Positions 1 to 7,568 of a stretch of DNA of 64,000 nucleotides are shown here, piece by piece (positions within the stretch are counted from its first letter, which is position 1; each line of letters opens with the position of its first letter). This DNA is from Thermoplasmata archaeon (GTDB taxonomy: Archaea > Thermoplasmatota > Thermoplasmata > Lutacidiplasmatales > UBA184), in NCBI GenBank assembly GCA_035625085.1, contig DASPQG010000078.1, forward strand, positions 2,151 to 66,150, written 5' to 3'. The notes under the pieces are model-generated. The model saw only the letters and a list, made by a program, of their open reading frames with translations, did not search any database and was not told the DNA's origin. A program made the translations under genes and the position numbers.

Positions 1-1030
1 GGTCCGGGCTGATGTTGGCAAAGGGCAGGACTGCGATCCTTGGGAAGGCAGCCTCCGCGTGGACTGGTTCGAGGCGGGAGGGCCGGGAGACCGACGCCCC
101 GGCTTGTCCTGCCGCCGCGAGGGGCATGGATTCGACTCGAACAAACGAGTCTTCGAGGCCCGACCGCACTGCCCCTGTCGCCGCCCAGAACTGCTTGTTC
201 TCCGGGTCTCCGGCCCCGAACAAGTAGTCGTATCGGATACGATCCTCCGCGGGCGGGATCCGCAAGGCGCACTGAGCTACCCGGCTTCGGAGCTGCCGAG
301 CGCTCATGAACGACGGATGAACCGCGAGGTAGTACAGGGCGAGCTTCTCGACCTCGCGAATCGCGCGGCCCTCCTCGTGGGCGGCCAATACGAGCTGCGC
401 GATGGAGACGAGGATCTTGTCACCCACGCCCAGCGGGGCGACGGTGAACTCGTTTCCCCGAGGAATACGGCTCAGCAGGTCACTGCCTTTCGGTCGCGCT
501 CGAATCTGCTCGGTCAGCTCCTCGAGATCCTTGCCGCCACTCCCCGCCAGGCAGTAGGCCGTGGGGAACCGACGGGGAACTGCCGGATCAAGGTACGGCA
601 ACAAGGTCTCGTACGGCCACGCTTGATCCGATTGGGCATCCACTTCGTCGATGAAGCAGAGCCCGGGACCCGGCGCCGCCACGAACGCATCGAGACCGGC
701 CCGGGAGGTAGCAGGGTCCAACTGCGCAAGGTTCAACTCGTGATAGTGCACCTCCGACGGGAGGGACTTCGCGGTCTGCTGGACGAGGTAACTCTTTCCG
801 CTCCCCGGTGAGCCCCACAACAAGAAGTTCCTCGGTGTGAGACTCTTCGAAAAGAAAGACTCGGCCAATCTCTGCCGGAACTCCTTCAGGAGGTTTCGGC
901 TCCGCTCGTCAAATCGGAGACAGTTCCCCGCGACGGAGTACCTGTCAAGGTCGACGGTTTCCAACGAGACAAGCAGGTGACGCGCCTCGTCCGGGGCCGG
1001 CACCTTGGCCGCCTTCGGACGAGGCGACAT
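1..1030 (-). CDS. AAA+ ATPase-domain protein, partial (3' end runs off the window start)
   Basis: Not in the ORF track because there is no stop inside the window. Minus-strand frame from ATG (cat at 1028..1030) reads MSPRPKAAKV... It has Walker A LWGSPGSGKSYLV (around 790-830) and Walker B-like LCFIDEVD. After about 300 aa the frame continues into ...AFPRIAVLPFANISPD at the window edge. Confidence 0.7.
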   Translation of the reverse strand, partial: MSPRPKAAKVPAPDEARHLLVSLETVDLDRYSVAGNCLRFDERSRNLLKEFRQRLAESFFSKSLTPRNFLLWGSPGSGKSYLVQQTAKSLPSEVHYHELNLAQLDPATSRAGLDAFVAAPGPGLCFIDEVDAQSDQAWPYETLLPYLDPAVPRRFPTAYCLAGSGGKDLEELTEQIRARPKGSDLLSRIPRGNEFTVAPLGVGDKILVSIAQLVLAAHEEGRAIREVEKLALYYLAVHPSFMSARQLRSRVAQCALRIPPAEDRIRYDYLFGAGDPENKQFWAATGAVRSGLEDSFVRVESMPLAAAGQAGASVSRPSRLEPVHAEAAFPRIAVLPFANISPD

Positions 1031-1120
1031 CCCCCACGAGCACGCCCCACGGGCTCTTAGACCGTTCCTCGGCCCTGTTGCCGGGCGGATACACGGTGGG
1101 GTATTCGGAACTGAGAGAAC

Positions 1121-1195
1121 CGGGCGCGGAGGGATTTGAACCCTCGACCGCCGGGTTAGGAACCCGGTGCCCTGTCCAGACTAGGCGACGCGCCC
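1121..1195 (-). tRNA. tRNA-Arg (anticodon CCT)
   Basis: Minus-strand 75-nt cloverleaf: GGGCGCG TC GCCT AGTCTGGACA GGGC A CCGGG TTCCTAA CCCGG CGGTC GAGGG TTCAAAT CCCTC CGCGCCC G. It has a 7-bp acceptor stem, a 5-bp anticodon stem, loop TTCCTAA giving anticodon CCT, and T-loop TTCAAAT. CCA is not encoded. Confidence 0.9.
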
Positions 1196-1223
1196 TCACC
1201 CCCGGTTTCTCGGCGAGAGGATA

Positions 1224-2264
1224 TCAGGGCTTCGACGGAGCGGCCCGAAGCTCCGCCGGGAGGAGCCGGTCGTATCGGTGGTCGACTTGCGCCACGAACC
1301 CACTCGCTGCCTCCTGAAGGATCTCGATCCCTTCGAGGTAGAGGCGGAGCGTCGGCAGCACTGGCCGGCGGGGGCCCTGCACTCCGGCCGGCACCGGGGT
1401 CGAGCCGCCCAGCGCACTGATGAGCCACCGGTCGGATCCGACGACGAACAGGAAGGGGAATACCCGACACTCCCGCGTCAGCGTGGCGAAAAGACCCTCG
1501 GGCCGCGCACCGGGTTTCGGCGACCCAGTGAGGAACACGACCTGGTCGGCCGCCTTGCCCCGATGTTCCGGCACACGCGCCGGATCGAGGAGGGTCCGAT
1601 GGGTGACCCATCCCCTGGCCAACATCTTTCGCTGAGAGAACGGGAGACCGAACGGACCCACCAGATGACCTCCACGGCCCTGATCCGACGCCACGAATGG
1701 GCGGCGGAGCAACTCGCCGATCGCCCATCGCTGATGCGAGGTCAGCGGGGCGAGCGCTACCTCCTCGTCGGCAGCCCCGTCGACCGGACCTCCGAGGCCA
1801 TGCGGGTAGGCCAGAGTTCCCTCGAGACCGGCCAGGTGGCACCAGAGTCCCTCGAAGTCGAAGTAGACCGGGACGGTCGGCGCGTCGGCGCGAACCGTCA
1901 CCGACCAAGGCGATGTCGTTAGGCGGCTTGACTCGATTCGAGCGAGCAACCGCTTCGTGTCCGCCGCCTGAGCGTGGAAGATCACCGCGACGGTCATCTG
2001 GGCCCCCGACCAGAGGACGACGTTCCCGGGATCCTCCGCGACGGTCCGGCCGAACTCCTCGACCCGATCCGCGAAGGGGCGGGCGACAAGGAACGTCACG
2101 AAGGGCCGGCCGAGCGGAACGGGATGGGGAACGTACCGATCGCGGAGCCATCCTTCCTCGTACGCCCGTCGGCGGACCGCGTGGTACGTCGATCGAGGTA
2201 CCGGGACCTGATGCAATCGTTCGCGCTCCCGATCGGGTCGGGCCGCCAGGAGGACCGCGATCAC
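1224..2264 (-). CDS. hypothetical protein; apparent tandem duplication of an Lrp/AsnC-like HTH plus small alpha/beta module
   Basis: 346-aa ORF in the track with coding-like composition. The two halves align by eye: RRRAYEEGWLRDRYVPHPVPLGRPFVTFLVARP vs QRKMLARGWVTHRTLLDPARVP...VVFLTGSPKP. Each half has an HTH-like segment followed by beta-alpha-beta-like stretches. No catalytic motif was recognised. Confidence 0.6.
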   Translation of the reverse strand: MIAVLLAARPDRERERLHQVPVPRSTYHAVRRRAYEEGWLRDRYVPHPVPLGRPFVTFLVARPFADRVEEFGRTVAEDPGNVVLWSGAQMTVAVIFHAQAADTKRLLARIESSRLTTSPWSVTVRADAPTVPVYFDFEGLWCHLAGLEGTLAYPHGLGGPVDGAADEEVALAPLTSHQRWAIGELLRRPFVASDQGRGGHLVGPFGLPFSQRKMLARGWVTHRTLLDPARVPEHRGKAADQVVFLTGSPKPGARPEGLFATLTRECRVFPFLFVVGSDRWLISALGGSTPVPAGVQGPRRPVLPTLRLYLEGIEILQEAASGFVAQVDHRYDRLLPAELRAAPSKP

Positions 2265-2420
2265 GCGGGCTTCGGCGTCCGTGAGCGCCCTCAGAACCGG
2301 AACCTCCCGTGATTGCTACGGTGTAGCACGGCGTCCAAATCCGAGGGAGCCGCCCGGAGCGTCCGTTTAAAAGACGGTCCTTTCATGATTTCATTCGGAC
2401 GATTCCACGGAGGAGCGAAC

Positions 2421-3878
2421 ATGAGGCGCGCATCGAGGAGCGAGATCCCGGTTCTCGGCACGGTACTGGTTGCAGGCCTCATGGTATTTGTTCTCGCCTC
2501 CACTCCCGTTGAAGCGGCCCCCGTCCCCGCGAGCTCCACGTCTCTCGGTCACTGGTCGTACGGCAACCTCACCGTCATCAGGGTGCCGCTGCAGCACGCG
2601 GCCGGCGGGTGGATGTACCAGGGGAACGCGGCGTTTGGCTACACCGTGACCATTTACGAGAACGCCACCTCCGCGTCCACGCTCGAGCTGACTGTCTTCC
2701 GGACCATGGGGCTCTCGTTCTCCGTGAAGTTCTGCACGCCGTCGTGCTCCAGTCCCCTCCAGTGGGCCAACGAGTCGTTCCGGCTCTACGAATCCACCAC
2801 GACGTTCGCGAACTTCACCGATCAGGGGTCGGTGACGGAGAACGGAACGACACCGGTCCTCGCCATCGCCCTCGATAACACCACGTCGTTCCTCCACGCC
2901 AACCTCACTGAATCCTCGGACAATTACCTGCCCTCCCTCGGGCAGCGTGGCCCTCACCTTACCTACCTCGGAGCGGACCTCAAGGCCCACTCGACGATCT
3001 CCTTCACCCCGGCCCTCGGGCTGTTCCCGAGCAACCCGTCCGACTTGGTTCCCGGGAGCACGTGGAACTCGACCAGTGACTTCCGACAGAGCGGCGACGC
3101 GGCGTACTCGTGGTACTATGCCGCCCACGCACCGATCGGCCCAGTCATCCTGGGCCCGATCTCCGGTCACATCTCGGTCGCCACGAGCGGGGACGTGGGC
3201 CTCCAGGGATCCTACCGGGACGGCAGCACGTTCCCGTACGGCGGGTACGACTACCCGGCGATCTCCCTCATCGTCACCGGCCCGTTCGATGTTCGGGAGG
3301 GGTTCATCTTCGTTCCCAACTCCGCCGACGTCTTCGGCTCGAGTGCCTTGCCGTGGGGCGGTAACCAGTCGGGCGCCGCCTCGGCGCAGATGGCGACCCT
3401 CGACGTGAAGCCCGTCTCCGGCGATCAGCTCCAGCTCGTCGCTTCGAGCTGGGCGTTCGCATCGTCCACCGCGAATGCGGGGACCCCGACCTCGGTGACC
3501 CCCGGCACTTCGGGGCTCCTCCCGGCCAGCGTGTCGAGCAATCCGGTGACCTCGGGCACCCTCCAGGGCTACCCGGAGAGCGATGACCAGGCCAGCAGCT
3601 ACCAGCAGTGCCTCGTAACCGGGAACGGCTGCAGCTCCAATTCCGGGCCCAACCTCCGTGGGATCGTCGCCGACATCGCGCTTGTGGGAGTCACGGCCAC
3701 CGTGGCGGTGATTGCCGTCGTGCTGGTCACTCGGCGCCGGCGCGCTCCTCCCCCGGTCTACCCTAACGCGGTGCTGTACCCGCCCGGAGCGGCGTACCCT
3801 TCGGCGCCCGCGGGAACTCCCCAGCCGCCGGCGGCACCTCCCCCGCCCGAGGACGACCCGCTCGATCACCTCTGGTGA
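2421..3878 (+). CDS. secreted, C-terminally membrane-anchored glycoprotein (hypothetical surface protein)
   Basis: Track ORF 2313..3878. Start trimmed to ATG 2421, which has GGAGGAG 7 nt upstream and a TTTAAAAG box at 2366. N-terminal signal is MRRASRSEIPVLGTVLVAGLMVFVLASTPVEA. I count at least nine N-X-S/T sequons. C-terminal TM is IALVGVTATVAVIAVVLV, followed by RRRR and a Pro-rich tail. Confidence 0.75.
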   Translation: MRRASRSEIPVLGTVLVAGLMVFVLASTPVEAAPVPASSTSLGHWSYGNLTVIRVPLQHAAGGWMYQGNAAFGYTVTIYENATSASTLELTVFRTMGLSFSVKFCTPSCSSPLQWANESFRLYESTTTFANFTDQGSVTENGTTPVLAIALDNTTSFLHANLTESSDNYLPSLGQRGPHLTYLGADLKAHSTISFTPALGLFPSNPSDLVPGSTWNSTSDFRQSGDAAYSWYYAAHAPIGPVILGPISGHISVATSGDVGLQGSYRDGSTFPYGGYDYPAISLIVTGPFDVREGFIFVPNSADVFGSSALPWGGNQSGAASAQMATLDVKPVSGDQLQLVASSWAFASSTANAGTPTSVTPGTSGLLPASVSSNPVTSGTLQGYPESDDQASSYQQCLVTGNGCSSNSGPNLRGIVADIALVGVTATVAVIAVVLVTRRRRAPPPVYPNAVLYPPGAAYPSAPAGTPQPPAAPPPPEDDPLDHLW

Positions 3879-3907
3879 TCGGCCGGCCCTCGCCTCGCCT
3901 CTCGGGC

Positions 3908-5203
3908 CTATCCGGAAGGCGACGCCCTCGCGGGCGGTGAGGCCCGGGACGGGAGGGGGTACCGCAGGAGCGCCGCGACGCCTCGGAACGCCTTTGCGAG
4001 GAGCTCTCCTTCCTCGCTCTCGGTCGACACGAGCCGGGCCGTCGCGCCCGATTCGGCCGCGCGGCGGAAGAGACCTTCCACGTAGTCCTCGCTCGTCTTC
4101 TCCGTCAGCGTCCGCTGCCCGCACTTCGGGCACGGACCGTCGAGGACCGTGTCGATCTCCTCGTCGTGCAGCGATCGTTCGAACTCGTGGCCACAGGCGG
4201 TGCACGCGAAGCGGACGCGCTGCTGGCGGAGCCCTTCGGAGACGATCAGGGTATCCACCGCGCCGAGGTCGAGGGCGTGGTTGACGTCCACCTCGCCGTA
4301 GGCCGCGAGCCCGGATTCGGCCTTGCGGATCTCGTTGAGGAGCCGCTGGATGAGCCGCTTCTCCTCGGTGAGCTCGAGCCCGTGGAGCGTCTGGGTCGCC
4401 TTCTCGACCAGTTCGCGGAGACCGTAGTCGTCCGTGTAGCCGGTGTCGAACAGCGGCTGAACGACCTTCTGCTGGAGCTCGTAGTGGAGGTACCCCTCCT
4501 TGTAGAAGTACTCCTTGGTCGCGCCCGGCCCTCCGAGGAGGATCCCCTTCAGTTGGTCCTTGCGCGGGAGGAACAGCTCCGCCGCCATCTCCGCGATCTT
4601 CACGAAGAACTCGTGGGCGGCGTGCTCGATCATCCGCTCGAACCGGTGCTGAGACTGGCCGCCCCGACCGTGCTTGCTCGGGACGAGCGAGGAGCGGTTC
4701 CGCAGCGCCTCGACCCGCTTTCCGCGCAGGAGCCCGAGGGTCACCTCGGCCCGGTCCATCACGATGAGGCCCCATACGTCCGGCTCGTGGACCATCGCGA
4801 GCAGGGGATCCAGGAAGAACGTCGAGTCGCACCGGTAGAGGTACGTGTTGAGCGCCTCGGGAGGTTCGACGATGAACGTGACCGGTTCCGTCTTGTCCGC
4901 CCCTACCGCCTTGTTTCCGACGAAGAACGCCACCCCGTTCGGGGGCGGCTCTTTGAACGCCCGGACGCGGCCCATGAGCGACTCGATCGCCCACATGACG
5001 TTCTTGCGGGTCGTGCGGCTCTTGATGTTCGAGCTCTGGGCGTACTCGTTCCGGAGGTAGCTCATGACGTCCGAGATCTGCTTCCCCGGCGAGACGTACA
5101 GGCTGATCAGTTCGGTCGCACGACCCCGGCACGCCGCGATCTCGTCCAGCTTGCGCTGGAACGAATAGCGCGCGAGCTGCAGGTCGGCCGCCGGGGCACT
5201 CAT
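3908..5203 (-). CDS. prf1: peptide chain release factor aRF1
   Basis: 431-aa ORF with NIKS (SSNIKSRTTRKNV), YLYRCDSTFF (YxCxxxF) and GGQ (HGRGGQSQHRF). The C-domain carries a CxxC-x20-CxxC insertion. Confidence 0.95.
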   Translation of the reverse strand: MSAPAADLQLARYSFQRKLDEIAACRGRATELISLYVSPGKQISDVMSYLRNEYAQSSNIKSRTTRKNVMWAIESLMGRVRAFKEPPPNGVAFFVGNKAVGADKTEPVTFIVEPPEALNTYLYRCDSTFFLDPLLAMVHEPDVWGLIVMDRAEVTLGLLRGKRVEALRNRSSLVPSKHGRGGQSQHRFERMIEHAAHEFFVKIAEMAAELFLPRKDQLKGILLGGPGATKEYFYKEGYLHYELQQKVVQPLFDTGYTDDYGLRELVEKATQTLHGLELTEEKRLIQRLLNEIRKAESGLAAYGEVDVNHALDLGAVDTLIVSEGLRQQRVRFACTACGHEFERSLHDEEIDTVLDGPCPKCGQRTLTEKTSEDYVEGLFRRAAESGATARLVSTESEEGELLAKAFRGVAALLRYPLPSRASPPARASPSG

Positions 5204-5224
5204 GTCGGCCCCCCTAGCCGAGCA

Positions 5225-5234
5225 GGACTAAACG
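5225..5234 (-). promoter_or_regulatory. TATA-like box for aRF1 (leaderless spacing)
   Basis: The minus strand reads CGTTTAGTCC. The T-run starts 29 nt before the ATG at 5203. Confidence 0.4.
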
Positions 5235-5304
5235 ACTGCGGAGGCACGAGGGCAAGAACCGGGGGGCCCGCCGCCGGCGGCCACCCGTTCCCCGGGCTGC
5301 GGAG

Positions 5305-5622
5305 TCAGAGGAGCCGGCGGATGTGCTCGTCGATGACCTCTTCGGGGTACGCCCCGACGATCCGGTCGACGAGCTTCCCCTGCTTGTAGAAGAGGAGCGT
5401 CGGGATGCTCATGATGCCGAGGGCGCCCGCCTTCTCGCCGTTGTCGTCGGAGTTCATCTTGCCGAAGGCGACCTTGCCGTGGTACTTCTGGCTCAGACGG
5501 TCGACGATCGGGGAGACCATGCGGCATGGCCCGCACCAGGGCGCCCAGACGTCGATCACGGCGGCGGAGTTCTCCTGGGCGAAACGGTCGTAGTTGGCGT
5601 CGCCAACTTCCTGCACACTCAT
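5305..5622 (-). CDS. trxA: thioredoxin
   Basis: 105-aa ORF with the active site WAPWCGPCRM and thioredoxin-fold length. Confidence 0.92.
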   Translation of the reverse strand: MSVQEVGDANYDRFAQENSAAVIDVWAPWCGPCRMVSPIVDRLSQKYHGKVAFGKMNSDDNGEKAGALGIMSIPTLLFYKQGKLVDRIVGAYPEEVIDEHIRRLL

Positions 5623-5915
5623 CGGGCTTCCTCGAGGTCAACGAGGCGACTCGGCTATTAAATCGTTCTCTGACGCCGGGGAAATCGAGCGGTGCCGGCT
5701 TCCCTTCGGCCGCGCGGCGCGGCCGGGTAGGGCGAAGTGTCTTTGTAGACCGGAGACCATTGAGTCCCGTGACCTTTTTTTCGAGTGCCCGGGATGGGCC
5801 GGGCCTATCGACCGGCGGAAGCGCTCGCTCCGGCGATTCCGTTCCCTACGTCGACCGGGTCCGGTCGCGGCCGGCCGTCCTCTCGCCGGCGGCGCGGAAA
5901 GGGATCCGACAGCGG

Positions 5916-6581
5916 ATGCTGCTCTTCCGGAGCGCCTCCCTGGAGCGCATCTCTCAATTGACGGGGGCGCCGGCGTCGGAGCTCTCGAGGTTCCGTCGCG
6001 AGTTGAAGGAGGGTGACCTCCCCGACACGCTGCTCAGTCGAGGCGCCGGGGTCGCGTTCACGCGGGAGCTTCCCCAGGGAGCGCTCCTCTACCTGATCGT
6101 CCGTGCGGCGGCCCCGCGTCGCGTCGTCGAGACGGGCGTTCGACCGGGCTACTCCACGGCCTGGATCCTGTCGGCGCTCAACGCCAACGGCGAGGGGGAG
6201 CTCACCTCGCTCGGCCCGGGTCCGACGAACGGGCGCTCTCCGGGGGTGCGCGACGTCACCGTCGGTCAGTTCGTTCCGCCGACCCTGAGGACCCGCTGGA
6301 CGCTCGCCCTCGGGAACAGCGAGGAACGGCTTCGGGAGATCCTCGCGGGGTCGAGCCGTGTCGACTTGTTCCTCTACGATAACGGGCCGGTCGCGGCCCG
6401 CGCTCGGTTCGAGCTCCGAGCGGCGTGGGAAGCCCTCTCTCCGAGAGGGATCCTGCTCGCGCACCACATCGAGGCAAACACCGCGTGGAACGACTTCTGC
6501 CGGAACCAGGGCGTCGCTTCCCAGCTCCTCGACCCCGGGCCGCCGCCGATGGGCGCGCTCGCGGTCCGGTCGCGCGCCTAG
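5916..6581 (+). CDS. class I SAM-dependent O-methyltransferase (family 3 / Methyltransf_24-like)
   Basis: C-terminal part of track ORF 5526..6581; the upstream part overlaps trxA antisense. From ATG 5916 there is the SAM motif RVVETGVRPGYSTAWILSAL, then VDLFLYDNGP and RGILLAHH. An alternative GTG start exists at 5769. Confidence 0.75.
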   Translation: MLLFRSASLERISQLTGAPASELSRFRRELKEGDLPDTLLSRGAGVAFTRELPQGALLYLIVRAAAPRRVVETGVRPGYSTAWILSALNANGEGELTSLGPGPTNGRSPGVRDVTVGQFVPPTLRTRWTLALGNSEERLREILAGSSRVDLFLYDNGPVAARARFELRAAWEALSPRGILLAHHIEANTAWNDFCRNQGVASQLLDPGPPPMGALAVRSRA

Positions 6582-6594
6582 TTCGTCGCGGGGG

Positions 6595-7122
6595 TTACCG
6601 CTCGAGCTCTTCGACCAGGTGGATCGCCCCGGGGACGATCAACTTCTCGATCGCGGTGCGTACGGCCCGCTCGCTTCCCGGGAGTGCGAAGATCGGCTTT
6701 CCCTGGATGACGAACAGCGAGGCGCGGCTGATCATCGCGAGCGGCCCTACTTCGGCGAAACTGATCGAGCGGTAGAGTTCGCCGAACCCCTCGAGTTTCC
6801 GGCCCCCCATCGCCTCCAGCGCGTTGACGGTAAGGTCTCGGGAACTGACCCCCGTCCCGCCCACGGTGATCGCCGCCTCGACCCCCACCTCCCCGAGCCA
6901 TGGTTCGAGACGTTCCCGCACGTCGGCAATCGAGTTCGCAACCAGCGCGTAGTGCACGACCTTGTGCCCAGCCTTCGAGAGAAGGTCGCGCGCGAGGTGG
7001 CCGGACGGGTCGTCCTGTTCGGTGTGCGTGTCGGAGACGGAGAGGACCACGAACCCGAGCGATCGGGTCCCGTGCAGATGGTGGCGGCTCGTCGCTTCCG
7101 GCGTTCCTTTCGCTTCGCTCAT
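6595..7122 (-). CDS. moaB: molybdenum cofactor biosynthesis protein B (MoaB/MogA family)
   Basis: Track ORF 6595..7377 trimmed to internal ATG 7122 (MSEAKGT...). Motifs LSVSDT, ITVGGTGVSSRD and IFALPGSERAV. The start overlaps the moaC stop as ATGA. Confidence 0.88.
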   Translation of the reverse strand: MSEAKGTPEATSRHHLHGTRSLGFVVLSVSDTHTEQDDPSGHLARDLLSKAGHKVVHYALVANSIADVRERLEPWLGEVGVEAAITVGGTGVSSRDLTVNALEAMGGRKLEGFGELYRSISFAEVGPLAMISRASLFVIQGKPIFALPGSERAVRTAIEKLIVPGAIHLVEELER

Positions 7123-7568
7123 GATGCCTCCGGGGACGACTTCGCCTTCGCGACGACCCGGACCGGACCGAGGGAGGTCGTCGGATAGAGCCCCCGCGCA
7201 TCCTTCTCGAGGTACTTGACCATGTCCCATACCGTGAGGAGCGCGACACTCGCCCCGACCAGCGCCTCCATCTCCACTCCGGTGCGATCGACGGTCTCGG
7301 CCTCGACCCGGACCCGGACCCCCTGGCGGGAGAGCTCGAGCTCGACCGAGCTCGAGGTGAGGGGGACCGAGTGGCAATGGGGAATGAGATCCGAGGTGCG
7401 CTTCATCGCCAGAAGGCCGGCGAGCTCCCCGGCGGCGAGCGGATCTCCCTTCTCGACCCGGCGAGCCCGGATCGCGTTGCGCGTCGACGGCCGCATCCGG
7501 AGCTCTCCCTGGGCGATCGCGCGTCGATGGACTCGGGGTTTCCGTCCGACGTCTCTCTGGCGGGCCAT
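7119..7568 (-). CDS. moaC: cyclic pyranopterin monophosphate synthase MoaC
   Basis: 149-aa ORF with KGDPLAAGELAGLLAMKRTSDLIPHCH...GVEMEALVGASVALLTVWDM, typical of MoaC. Confidence 0.92.
   Translation of the reverse strand: MARQRDVGRKPRVHRRAIAQGELRMRPSTRNAIRARRVEKGDPLAAGELAGLLAMKRTSDLIPHCHSVPLTSSSVELELSRQGVRVRVEAETVDRTGVEMEALVGASVALLTVWDMVKYLEKDARGLYPTTSLGPVRVVAKAKSSPEAS

Noticed and set aside
59-811. 250-aa plus-strand ORF at the window start.
   Set aside because: The opposite strand encodes a protein with clean Walker A and Walker B motifs and coding-like composition. The plus-strand translation has no motifs.
1031-2264. The tRNA-Arg-adjacent region as an integrated mobile element or genomic island.
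   Set aside because: No integrase, transposase or phage-like gene was seen. I also noticed no second copy of the tRNA 3' half anywhere in the window, and no compositional shift visible by eye.
2391-5132. 913-aa minus-strand ORF, the longest in this part of the track.
   Set aside because: It is Arg/Gly/Pro-rich low-complexity translation. It lies antisense to the surface-protein gene and out of frame with aRF1, which carries NIKS and GGQ. This is a typical GC-driven shadow ORF.
5623-5915. 293-bp trxA/methyltransferase divergent region with a T7 run (about 5774..5780) as a possible terminator or ncRNA.
   Set aside because: No convincing hairpin precedes the T-run, and there is no plus-strand gene upstream. 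The region may partly be coding if the methyltransferase uses GTG 5769.
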